From Octopus vulgaris (lineage: Eukaryota): a DNA stretch of 64,000 bases. Both the position numbers and the translations under genes were made by a program. Location: the NCBI GenBank assembly GCA_951406725.2, contig OX597817.1, forward strand, positions 51,212,001 to 51,276,000. Direction: 5' to 3'. The first letter of the stretch is position 1. Every line of letters starts with the position of its first letter. Below the pieces are notes generated by a model. It did not search any database and had not been told where the DNA came from. It was given only the letters and a program-made list of their open reading frames with translations. This document shows positions 52,096-64,000 of the stretch, in pieces.

Positions 52096-52173
<78 letters not shown>

Positions 52174-53155
52174 CATATATATATACTATATATATATTAC
52201 ACGTATATATGTACATATATATATATATATAACTATATAGTCATATACACATATATATATATATATATATGTTGCCGAAGGGCAGAATACATTGCAAGGA
52301 ATTGAGCTCACGACCTTCAGATCTCGGGTCGTACACCTTCTTCCAGTAAGCAATGAGCTTTAACTCTCTATACTGTACATCCACTAACACCTTCATGCAC
52401 GAAAACACATTATTACGACGCCTGTGTGCGACACACTACCGCCACACAACTCCATTCCTTCACACTGACACCCAACCTGAAACAATATTTAACCAAATGA
52501 TCTTTACTTATATTGTTTTCGAAAAGAAGCTTAACTTGTCAGTTTTGTTATTCTATTGAAATCCAGCATCTCCAGGAATGTTCTGGTGATCATGATGAAG
52601 GAATGTCGTATCATAATCTCTACACCTACCACACAAAATTCCTAAAACACTCATTTCACTTTGACTTTAAATACACATATAAACACATGCACATATATAC
52701 ACAAGCATATATACATATATACACATATCTATCGATATACATATGTGAATGAGTAATATATATATGTGTGTGCGTGTGTGTGTTACATATATTATACAAA
52801 TATATATGTATATAAATAAATGTGTATATATGTATATATTATAAAGTTAATCCAAACATGAAAACACAAGGAGAAAACACAACAATGCGAGGAGGTGGAA
52901 CAAGTGTAGTATTATTGGACGCTCAGGAAAGGAAAGAAAGAAGAAGGATTTAACGATTATACAAATATACTTTATTAAAAAGCAGTATAAATATTACAAA
53001 ACCGTTTACAAAATGTTTTACGACGAACGGGAACGTAAAACTCTGAGTAACAGTTTTTGTGATATTTCTGCTGATTTCAATACAGCATATTACTCTACCT
53101 CTGGTATTCGACTACATTTTTTTGCACCTTGTTTTGCATTTATGTGCTTACTCCG

Positions 53156-53193
<38 letters not shown>

Positions 53194-53290
53194 AGTAAAA
53201 ATTTTAATTCAGTTGAATATGGTACTTAAGTTAAAGGTACCAGAATTTGGTATGGTATTATCCATGTAATTCAAAATGGGGTGATCACAA

Positions 53291-53385
53291 TCAAAATCAG
53301 CATCAAGGATATCGAGATTTAATGCAGTACGATCGCATGAAACGATCGTACTGCATTACCTCTGGATGTCCTTATTGCTTATTTT

Positions 53386-53387
<2 letters not shown>
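53291..53387. repeat. Hairpin, perfect 16-bp core arms (53320-53358), containing the HHR 3' half GAAA-CGATCG-TA
   Basis: TAATGCAGTACGATCG-CATGAAA-CGATCGTACTGCATTA. Confidence 0.8.
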
Positions 53388-53455
<68 letters not shown>

Positions 53456-54123
53456 TAGTATGTGTGTATGTATAGAATTCATGTATGTATGTATAGTATA
53501 CGTATATGTATGTATAGCATACGTATATATACATATATATGTATACATAAAGATATTAATGTATGTATGTGGGAGTGTGTAAGAGTGTGTATGTATACGT
53601 AGGTGTGCGTGTGTGTGTGGGCGTATTGATTTTATTCTCAAAATATATCAATGGAGTATAATGAAAATAAAATTTCAATTTTTCTCTAGTTATTGATGTA
53701 TACATTGATGACAAACATTCAAAAATGACAAGGAGTAAAATGAAAGATAAACTCAGGTCAGTCTCATAGAAACAAAATTCTATAATAATTTGTACCAATA
53801 AAATAATAACAAAAAATGCCTCAAATGCCCAATAGATTTTGAAGCTAAATGTAGAAGCAACTTCGCATCCTTATGAAAACACCTAAAGAACATTTTAATA
53901 GCAACAACCGACGTAAATATTTAAGAGAGATCTGGTGCATACGCAATTTGATTATATATATATATATATATATAAATGAAAGAGGGGGCAAGAAAAGCAT
54001 AATTATTGACCAAATTATTCATATGTATATCGATTGATATCTAAGCGAAAAATGGACAAAAAAGATATGAAATTAGTGAATATACACATAGTAGCATATT
54101 ACTAACATGAATTGGTAACTGAA

Positions 54124-54382
54124 AGACAGACTGCTAGATAGATAGAGACAGACAGACAGAGGTAGATAGATAGACAGATAGATAGAGAGAGAGAGAGTGA
54201 CAGACAGACAGACGGTAGATAGATAGACAGACAGATAGATAGATAGAGAGAGAGAGTGACAGACAGACAGACAGCGGTAGATAGATAGAGAGATAGATAG
54301 AGAGAGACAGACAGACAGCGTTAGATATATAGACAGATAGATAGAGACAGACAGACAGACAGACAGCGGTAGATATATAGAC

Positions 54383-54425
<43 letters not shown>

Positions 54426-54458
54426 GACAGACAGACAGACAGCGGTAGATAGATAGAC

Positions 54459-54551
<93 letters not shown>

Positions 54552-54765
54552 GGCAGACAGACAGACAAGTGTGACACACACACACTGACAGAGTGGCAGG
54601 CAAGCATACAGAGAAACTGATACATAGATGGATAGACAGACAGACAGACAGACAGACTGACTGTCTGATATACTGATAGATAAATAGATAGAAAGAGAGA
54701 AGAGTAGATAGATAAAGAGATAGACGGACAAATATATATATAGAGAGAGAGAGATAGAGAGACAG
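54124..54765. repeat. Compound (GATA)/(GACA)/(GA) satellite with recurring CAGCGGTAGAT units
   Basis: Direct inspection. Confidence 0.9.
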
Positions 54766-55148
54766 GTTGAAATGGAGAGTAATGAGAAAAATTTTACAGA
54801 CACAAAACAGATGTAGATAGGGAAGTTGATAATAGTTAGGATTCCACATCTACATCAATTAAGTAACATCAAGAGACTGAAAACACTTCAGAAGAATTTA
54901 TACATGGAATTAGCTAATTAAAACGCAATAAATCTTCTGAAACAGAGAATGTAATTGCTTAACTGCTAAAGCAGAAAAGTAAATATGTCAATGAGAGTCG
55001 TTACGGAATATGTAACAGTACTTTTCGTAATAATGACCTAGTAAACGTGTAGCCGGCAAACTGGGGTTGAACGAAAAAATGTATTAGCTAATGTACAGAT
55101 AGTTCAATTAACCACCCAAGTAGTAAGATTTCGGCAGCAAACAAAATT

Positions 55149-55555
55149 GGTGCAGGAGTGGCTGTGTGGTAAGTAACTTGTTTACCAGCCACATGGTTCC
55201 GGGTTCAGTCCCACTGCTGCGTGGCACCTTGGGCAAGTGTCTTCTACTATAGCCTCGGGCCGACCAAAGCCTTGTGAGTGGATTTGGTAGACGGAAACTG
55301 AAAGAAGCCCGTCGTATATATGTATATACATATGTGTGTGTGTGTGTTTGTGTGTCTGTGTTTGTCCCAATATCATTGCTTTACAACCGATGCTGGTGTG
55401 TTTATGTCCCCGTAACTTAGCGGTTCGGCAAAAGAGATCGATAGAATAAGTACTGGGCTTACAAAAGAATAAGTCCCGGGGTCGATTTGCTCGATTAAAG
55501 GCGGTGCTCCAGCATGACCGCTGTCAAATGACTGAAACAAGTAAAAGAGTAAGGA
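55149..55555 (+). mobile_element. SINE family C
   Basis: Full length. Confidence 0.9.
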
Positions 55556-55782
55556 GAAACAGAGTATCATGAAAGATGTTTATTTCCAAGAAGGTGAAAA
55601 CGGTGTTGAGCAAATTTCCATGACATGAGACGATCGGATGCGGTTGTTCCGACGCTAATGATCTGGCGCCGCTGACTGAACATTCCGTCGCTGTTGTTGC
55701 CAGTTGTCCGTTTTGGCGCTGGAGACAAAAATATGCGTGCGTAGAAATATACACATTCACACACACACACACACATATATAT

Positions 55783-55944
55783 ATATAAGAATTTTTTGAG
55801 TAAAAAGATAAAAAACCAAGTGTGTGTAGATATTAGAGCATTTATAGATAGAAGGTCTTACAGCTGTAAGACCTTCTATCTATAAATGCTCTAATGCTAT
55901 ACACCCTTGGGTTTTTTATCTTATTACGCAGAAAATTCTTATAT
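55783..55944. repeat. Palindrome with a perfect 64-bp core (55832-55895) centred on CAGCTG
   Basis: ATTAGAGCATTTATAGATAGAAGGTCTTACAG|CTGTAAGACCTTCTATCTATAAATGCTCTAAT. Confidence 0.9.
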
Positions 55945-57754
55945 ACACACGCTAACATACAACCAACTTTGAACCATTTATTCGCAATGTTATCGAATCT
56001 GGAACTTAACTATGGTCTGTCTATAGAACTTATTCAGCATAACCTGACACCATTATTTCTTATATATATACACATATATATAGCGAGAGAGAGAGAAAAA
56101 GAAGAGCGAATGGTCGGAGGTGATGAGAGAAATGTTATAACGTCCGATTAAAAAAAAGCCAGCATCGAGTCACGGGCACCAAATAGCCGGCGCCGAAAAT
56201 ACCGTGCCAAAATGTTTAAAACCTAGATTTGTTACCTTGACATTGTAGTAGAAAATACTTCTTGTTCAAATCAGTTCAGTACATGAAGTCCATTGACTTT
56301 AAAACAGAAATTTTAGCTTATCTAAAACAAGTACAAAGTGGTTCTTAAAAAGAAATGTAAAATAACCAGGACAGGTGTTATATCTTGATCACAGCTTTTA
56401 ACAAGTAACTTGTTTTACCCATTTCCTGTCCAAAGTATTTTCATGGGTTTGTTTTAAATATCAATGTTTCCCAGCAGGCCATTAAGTTGCTCTTGTTTCA
56501 AATAGTCTGAGTAATATAATATTTCTTTCATAAATCCGAAATAGTTCAACCGTCTGAAAAAAATCCTGGGAATTTATGTTATATATGAGGCATGGACGCT
56601 AGAGTACCATGTTCTGTGTATACATGTGATTCGTAGCACAGGTAATGGAATAAAACAGTTTACTGTATTCTGTTGTGTCTGGGGAGAGTCATTTTCTTTT
56701 TGTGCCTTATTATGTAACACACTCACTGGTAAAATTTCCACTTTTTTTCTATTTTTATTTTTTATTGTCCTAAAATTTTCGTTGCGTCTTGAAACCTTTT
56801 CAATAGTTTTGACTCTCAAGTTTAGTCTATTGTTTTGGCAATTATTTTGAAAATAATTCTACAAAACATAATTTTTAGTTGGATCAGCAATGAGAAATTA
56901 GCGTTTTGTCAATGATATTGATTTAATAGAACTGTGGAACCTCGATGTCTATCTAACGACATGGTGTAATACAAAGGAATGAATTTACGGAATGGAAAAA
57001 GCTACTGTTATAAACGAATTAATGACAACTATGAAAAATACGATGAATGTAGATATAAGATCAAAGACGCCAATAAATTGCAGATTGCATAATTTTAAGA
57101 GGAAATATCACAATTAGTTCTCGTTTGGAATTTTGAAATATCATTACCACGAACACAAAAGAAAAAATTAAAGCGTAATATTAATTTTAACACCAATCAA
57201 CGTGTACAAATACTGGATGGTAAATGCTGAAGCAGTTTTTAAAAAATTATGAGATTTGAAATTATATATTATTGAAAAAATATGGTATGAGAGCACTAAG
57301 AGGTGATGTTTATAATCACAAGCTAGTTAGCAGTTTAAATGTGCTTCAGGGATATTCGAACTCGTAAGAAAATCATCCACTGTATTTTGTCATGGAGAAC
57401 CTTTTTCGCTGTAAATTACACCGAGTCTGCTCACAGTGTCATCTAACTAGACTGTAGTGTGAATGGATCTCGGAATATTTATCCTCATCAGCTACAGACA
57501 CCAGAAAGGTCAGCGAACTCTCAGATAAATGCTGGATATATCAGTTAAAGTAGTTTGTAAATTTTTAATTTTCTTGCCATATTTATAATGTACAACACAG
57601 GTTTACATATATCATACCTTAATATCGTGTGGATGCAGATTTTCGTTGACAGGTGCTAATATTACATAAAATGTTAAACATTAAACATTACACAGGTTAG
57701 TAGTTTTAGATCTCTACACCTGCTGAATTTGTCGTGTACGTAAGCAGATTAGTG

Positions 57755-58091
57755 AAGGCGCATGGCTCTGTGGTTAGAGCGTCGAGATTACGATCGTGAG
57801 GTTGTGAGTTCAAATCACGGACCGGGCTGCGTGTTGTGTTCTTGAGCAAGATACTTTATTTCACGTTGTTCCAGTTCACTCAGCTGTAGAAATGACTTGT
57901 GATGTCACTGGTGCCAAGCTGTACCAGCCCCTTTGCCATTCCCTTGGATAACATCGGTGGCTTGGGGAGGGAAGGCCGGTATGATTGGGTGGTTGCTGGT
58001 CTTCCATAAAACCAGCCTTGCCCGGATTTGTGCCTCGGAGGGTAACTTTCTATGGGCAATCCCTTGGTCATTCATGACCGAAGAGGGTCTC
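57755..58091 (+). mobile_element. SINE family B head with tail type 3
   Basis: B head/core followed by a distinct tail; AAGCAGATT on both flanks. Confidence 0.8.
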
Positions 58092-58374
58092 CAAAGCAGA
58101 TTGGTTACTTGTTTGTCTGAGATATTTCAAATAATTTAGAGACCGGGAAACCGAGAGGTTCAAAATCGATTAAAGCCGTGAGATATATTTTTCAATCACG
58201 GAGAAATAGTGCCATATGTGTATGTTATTAAGTAGGATCTATATATATACAAGTGTATGTGTGTATGTATGTAAATGTATATATATATATATATGTGTGT
58301 GTGTGTATGTATATATATATTTGTATATACATATTTAGACACACACACACACACATATATATATACATACACAT

Positions 58375-58590
58375 AGGGGGAGAATTCACGAAAAAAACAT
58401 AAGACGAAGGCAGATTGTGTAGAAAACAAACAGATGTATTGGTATAACGCTCAGGAATTGAAAAAGTCTTTTAGGTTTCGAGCCTACGCTCTTCTACAGA
58501 AAGGAACAGAGAAAGAAACAAGGAGAGAAACAAGGAGAGAAAAAAAGGAGAGAAAAAATGTGTGTAGTGGCTACCGATCTATCATGGCAA
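58375..58590 (-). mobile_element. Penelope-pLTR-like fragment with variant HHR
   Basis: Minus strand CTTT-CTGTAGA-A-GAGC-GTAG-GCTC-GAAA-CC-TA-AAAG. Confidence 0.65.
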
Positions 58591-58963
58591 CATAAATACA
58601 TAGATATTCATATATGTATTTATGTATGTATATTTGCATGTAAGTATGCATATATGTTTGTGTGTATATATGTATAAAAAATTACGTTACTGCTCTTTCT
58701 TTAAATATGCCGATTTAGTAACTGATAAGAATAGCTTTTTAATATATTACATATAAATAGTTCTTCTAATCTTTAGTGTCTAAGAGCGCATTCACTTTCC
58801 TAATTCTTCGATTTCCTCAAGTAGTTTCCTGCTGTATAGGTATAGGAATAAATTTGGTGAAAGTTATTAACATACAACTTCATTTTCAATAAAACCCATA
58901 ACCTCTACATTATGCATTGAGTACTCCTTTCTCATTCATTTGACACGAAGTGACTTACGTGTT

Positions 58964-59004
<41 letters not shown>

Positions 59005-59549
59005 AAAATTGAGTTACAGTTCTTTCTTTAAGCATGCCAATTTATGTAACTGATAAGAATAGTTTTTCAACATTTTTCATATAAATATTCCATATACTCG
59101 AAGTATTACATGTTAAAATTAATATATTTGTGTTGCCATAAATATGCTTCAAGCTACACCCCAACCCCATTGTTCCATGATGAAACACATTCGAAAAGTT
59201 TGGCACATTGGTAAACTTTTCCAAATACTGGAAGCGTTTCTCCCAATGTTCATAGTCATAAATATAGGACAATACATTACACTTATAATGGCGTTTGCAG
59301 TTTTCGTCTCTCTTTAGTTTACTTTGACTCTGAGCTGCGATATGTAACTATTTACTTTCCAATTCACTAAACATGTTGCTACAATATACAATCAACTTAT
59401 AGCAAAAAGCGACGCCATTACTTTATGTAATAAACGGGCGGTAATATTTATAACAATCATGATTTTCCTATTGTTGTTGCGAAGACTGCTGTGTTCTCTT
59501 ACTGCTGTTGTGGAGGTTGTTACTGTTGCTGTGCTGTTGCTGCTGTTGC

Positions 59550-59920
59550 TGTCGAGCGAACGGTCTTCGTCCCAGAGCTCGCAAGATGGGAGAAGTCCGA
59601 AACGTGCTCCTTCGCTATTCGTAAAACCCGCAGAAGAGAAAGCAGGTCAACCCCCGACACCGAGAGCATCGACGGATGGATGAATGCGCATCCAGGCTCA
59701 GTGGTTGCGTAGGAAGTCGGGGACAAGAAACAGGAAGAAAGAGTGAGAGAAAGTTGGAGCGAAAGAGTACAACAGGGGTCGCCACTACCCCCTGCCGGAT
59801 CCTCGTGGAGCTTTAAGTGTTTTCGCTCAATAAACATACACAACGCCCGGTCTGGGAATCGAAACCGCGAACCTCCGACCGCAAGTCCGCTGCTCTAACC
59901 ATTGGGCCATTGCGCCTCCA
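59550..59920 (-). mobile_element. SINE family D head with tail type 4
   Basis: Head at 59725-59920 matches 6261; tail unlike the other copies. Confidence 0.8.
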
Positions 59921-60284
59921 CTGCTGCTGCTGCTGCCTACCATGTTGTTGATATTACTACTTCAGCTGTTGTCTTCTTCTTCTTCTTCTTCTTCTTCCAA
60001 TCACGACTCACGCTATTAGCCACAAAGAATACTCTCTAATCCGAGCCTACTCTAAGCTACTAAGAATGCGTGTGATAACTAGAAGATGCACCGACCACAC
60101 GCGATAGACTGGTGATTGCACGGGCGCGAAAGCTACGTTGTTTTCCTCATTCCGCAAACGATGCTATTTAACGGGTGGAGAGCTGAATCATCCTGGGAGT
60201 ACAGAGGATTCGCAATCTAGACTAGGGTCTGAAAGTTTACCCCACTATAGTGGGTTATACCATGGTTCCTCTGCTTTGTGGAAG

Positions 60285-60468
60285 AAGTAGGAAGAAAGAG
60301 TGAGAGAAAGTTGTAGTGAAAGAGTCGAGCGGGGTTCACCCCAACCCCGCCGGCGTCTCGTGGAGCTTAGGTTTTTTGCTCAATAAACACTCTCAACGCC
60401 CGGTCTGGGAATCAAAACCGTGTTCTTACGACCGCGCGTCCGCTGCCCTAACCACTGGGTCATTAAGC
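60285..60468 (-). mobile_element. SINE family D head
   Basis: Reverse match. Confidence 0.8.
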
Positions 60469-60548
60469 CACCACTTCAGCTGTTGTTGTTACTGGAGCCA
60501 TTGATATTAGTGTTTATTTGTTTTTTTTCTTTTTTGTAGTATCTAATG

Positions 60549-60597
60549 CTCTTCTTGTTGTTGTGCTAGATGGTGGGGGCCTTAGTGTTATTGACAC

Positions 60598-60629
<32 letters not shown>

Positions 60630-61110
60630 TTGTTGTTGTGTTTGGGTGTGTGTGTCTGCTCTACTTCTCGGTACGTATGTATAATCCAATTTTGGCCCAG
60701 TTTACGGTTCCAGGTCGTTGGGTCATGTGTTCAATTCTCTAAACAAGCAGTGTATGCTGTCATTCAACACGGAATTTCATTTCAAGCTGTTCGTGTCCTT
60801 AAACCTGAGAAACGGGTATCAGTTTAATGGTGGTCCAACTTCTTTCCATCCTTATAACATCTTGGATGTTCTGCTGCACCAAGGAATGTCTGAAAACCAT
60901 CTAAACCATAATTATCCTCTTAAATGATGCAGCCCTTTCAAGGCGGTGGAGGTAGAAGGCTCAGTTGCCTACTACTTAATGATAAATACCATGTAAATGA
61001 AATAACCAAGCATTAAAGTACACGCGCCCACCCATACACAACAACAATAACAGCAGCAGCAGGAGTATCAATAACACTAAGCCCCCCACTATCTATCACA
61101 ACAAGAAGAG
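60549..61110. repeat. Inverted repeat, arms of about 90-105 bp around a spacer of about 365 bp
   Basis: CTCTTCTTGTTG..TAGATGGTGGGGGCCTTAGTGTTATTGACACT versus AGTATCAATAACACTAAGCCCCCCACTATCTA..CAACAAGAAGAG. Confidence 0.8.
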
Positions 61111-61348
61111 TTGGACATACTTGAATTTATATTCCTTTCGTAACCACATACGTGCTTTTCCTGGATTTTTTCTTACTCCAAGTCTCTCTTTTCCTTTTCG
61201 AATGAAGAACTATATTCGAAACGCAAAAGAAAGACACCTTTTTTTCCACATTTACTGGGCGTCAAGCTAATACACTCTATATGTACGTCATCTTGCTATT
61301 TTGTTATTTTTAACGTTCAAATTTGAATAATCGATTTGACTGTGTGTG

Positions 61349-61379
<31 letters not shown>

Positions 61380-61600
61380 TTACATACATAGTTGGAATTA
61401 AAAACAAAACAAAATAAAAAACAAAAGAACGGGTATGTAGGCAAGAAACAGATGTATTAGTTTAACGCTCGGGAAGTGAGAAAGTCTTTTGTTTCGAGTC
61501 TACGCTCTTCGGCAGAAAGGAACACAGAAATAAACAGAGCGAGAAAATAAAAAATAAGGTTTAGTGACTAGCGATCAATCTATCTATCTATCTATCTATA

Positions 61601-61638
<38 letters not shown>

Positions 61639-61657
61639 TATATATATATATAGTAAA

Positions 61658-61749
61658 TAATTTACTTTACCACACACCGAGCTTTTTAGAAACAGCACAA
61701 ATTTTTGGCTGCTGTTTCTAAAAAGCTCGGTGTGTGGTAAAGTAAATTA

Positions 61750-61750
<1 letters not shown>
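61658..61750. repeat. Hairpin with arms of about 39 bp inside (TA)n
   Basis: TAATTTACTTTACCACACACCGAGCTTTTTAGAAACAGC / GCTGTTTCTAAAAAGCTCGGTGTGTGGTAAAGTAAATTA. Confidence 0.9.
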
Positions 61751-61784
<34 letters not shown>

Positions 61785-61785
<1 letters not shown>

Positions 61786-61949
61786 GGCGCAGGATTGGCT
61801 GTGTGGTAAGTAGCTTGTTTACCAGCCACACGGTTCCGGGTTCAGTCCCACTGCGTGGCACCTGAGCAAGTGTCTTCTACTATAGCCTCGGGCCGACCAA
61901 AGCCTTGTGAGTGGATTTGGTAGACGGAAACTGAAAGAAGCCCGTCGTA

Positions 61950-62009
<60 letters not shown>

Positions 62010-62227
62010 TGTGTGTGTTTGTGTGTCTGTATTTGTCCCCCTAGCTTTGCTTGACAACCGATGCTGGTGTGTTTATGTCCCCGTTACATTAGCGGTTCGG
62101 CAAAGAGGCCGATAGAATAAGTACTGGGCTTACAAAAGAATAAGTCCCGGGGTCGATTTGCTCGATTAAAGGCGGTGCTCCAGCATAGCCGCAGTCAAAT
62201 GACTGAAACAAGTAAAAGAGTAAAAGA
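61785..62227 (+). mobile_element. SINE family C
   Basis: Full length, after (TA)n, tail GTAAAAGAGTAAAAGA. Confidence 0.92.
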
Positions 62228-62329
62228 TGATAGATAGATAGATACATACATACATACATAGATACATACAGAGGTAGATAGATACATACATACATACATA
62301 CAAAGATGGATAGATACATACATACAGAA

Positions 62330-62414
<85 letters not shown>

Positions 62415-63196
62415 AGTTTGAAGTAAGATTTACTTAAATATATTAACTATAATATTTTTTAAAAAAAACGAAAAACAGAACGACACCTAAAGTTTTTGAA
62501 ATGGAGTTCTCAAATCACGTGCGTAAGTGGATTCATTGTTGAAGTTTTCGAAAAAATTGAGCAAAGAAAATGCTTACACACAATATGAAATATTCATACC
62601 AAAAAGTTAGTGTATGTTGTTTCCCATGTTGGTGGGGTTTTTTTTTCTTTTTATAACAGTAAGTTTTTAAGAAAATCGTTCTTGAAATACAGTGACAGTA
62701 TAAGGTATTTTTTACAAAATCTTTTAAATATGTGTTTCTGTGTGTGTGCGTGTATGTGTGTAGATAAATGCATAGATATACATAATATACATATGTGCAT
62801 ATATACATAACTTCATGTGTTGTTTTACTCATAGTTGTGTGGTGTGGGACCATGCGATGTATCAGCATTGTCTCTGCGACAACCCTTTCCCAACCCAACG
62901 CATGGGTTTGTTTAAATAGTGGTACCTGATGAGGGTTTAACGAGGTGGGAATGCAAGCCCTACTTCATCCACTTTTAGTTGCCTTTTACGACACGCATAT
63001 AAAACGTTGGTTCTGTTCGTTGCCATGCCCGTCCTCACAGAGTACTAGAAAAACGTGAAATGTAGTGTATTGCTCAAGAACTCAACACGCCGTCCAGCCC
63101 GGGGAGCAAGCACACGATCAGGCAATCATGAGTGCAAAACTTTAACCACTAGGCCACGCACTGTTCACAGCACGGCACAATATTGGCAAAGACATA

Positions 63197-63796
63197 TATT
63201 TCTTTATTTCCCACAACGAGCTAAACATAGAGGGGTCAAACAAGGACAGACATGGGAATTAAGTCGATTACATCGACCCCAGTGCGTAACTGGTACATTA
63301 TATATCGACCCTGAAAGGATGAAAGATAAAGTCGACCTCGGCGGAATTTGAACTCAGAACATAACGGCAGACGAAATACCTATTTCTTTACAACCCACAA
63401 GGGGCTAAAAACAGAGAGGACAAACAAGGACAGACAAAGGGATTAAGTCGATTACTTCGACCCCAGTGCGAAACTGGTACTTTATTTAATCGACCCCGAA
63501 AGGATGAAAGGCAAAGTCGACCTCGGCGGAATTGGAACTCAGAACATAACGGCAGACGAAATACCTATTTCTTTACTACCCACAAGGGGCTAAACACAGA
63601 GAGGACAAACAAGGACAGACAAAGGGATTAAGTCGATTATATCGACCCCAGTGCGAAACTGGTACTTTATTTATCGACCCGGAAAGGATGAAAGGCAAAG
63701 TCGACCTCGGCGGAATTTGAACTCAGAACAACGGCAAACGAAATACGGCTACGCATTTCGCCCGGCGTGCTAACGATTCTGCCAGCTCGCCGCCTT
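63197..63796 (-). mobile_element. SINE family A tandem trimer (units of about 185 bp)
   Basis: Junctions GACGAAATACC-TATTTCTTTAC near 63378 and 63563. Confidence 0.92.
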
Positions 63797-64000
63797 AAAT
63801 TGGCCAAGATATAATGTAGTTATTAAAACGGCTCCCGAAATGTAGTGGGGGGAAAAAAACATTGACGAAATATACAAAATGATTGTGAAAGAGAATAAGT
63901 ATATGTGTCTGGCGCAGATTGGAACCTAAGAAAAAATCTTTAATATCGACTGCTTTCAATGTCTCTGCAAATTAACATCATCGTTAATAATATTGACGAT

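Noticed and set aside
54073-54849. 258-aa ORF, the second longest in the track
   Set aside because: It is the translation of a GATA/GACA satellite (LSIY/LSVC repeats).
59286-59420. Short inverted ends TAATGGCGT / ACGCCATTA as a MITE
   Set aside because: Only about 9 bp match and there is no second copy in the window.

Overview
AT-rich, microsatellite-dense eukaryotic DNA made up almost entirely of transposable elements. The repeat families resemble those of octopus/coleoid cephalopods (inference, no database search). I can support no host protein-coding exon, and almost all short ORFs in the track are microsatellite or SINE translations. Recognisable parts: one 5'-truncated CR1-group LINE with an uninterrupted RT ORF (2572-4263), a second CR1-type fragment, three R4/Dong-like 3' ends, several Tc1/mariner relics, a Helitron RepHel relic and a non-autonomous Helitron, a solo LTR, a U6 snRNA copy, and dozens of tRNA-derived SINEs in about four families with shuffled heads and tails. 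The most striking signal is a set of short non-coding elements carrying type I hammerhead ribozyme (HHR) motifs with palindromic stem III, of the kind known from Penelope-like elements and retrozymes. These include a tRNA-headed SINE-like element with a well-formed HHR (48852-49478) and a 429-bp-period retrozyme-like unit (11265-12138). Several hairpins and truncations elsewhere in the window break inside such HHR motifs.
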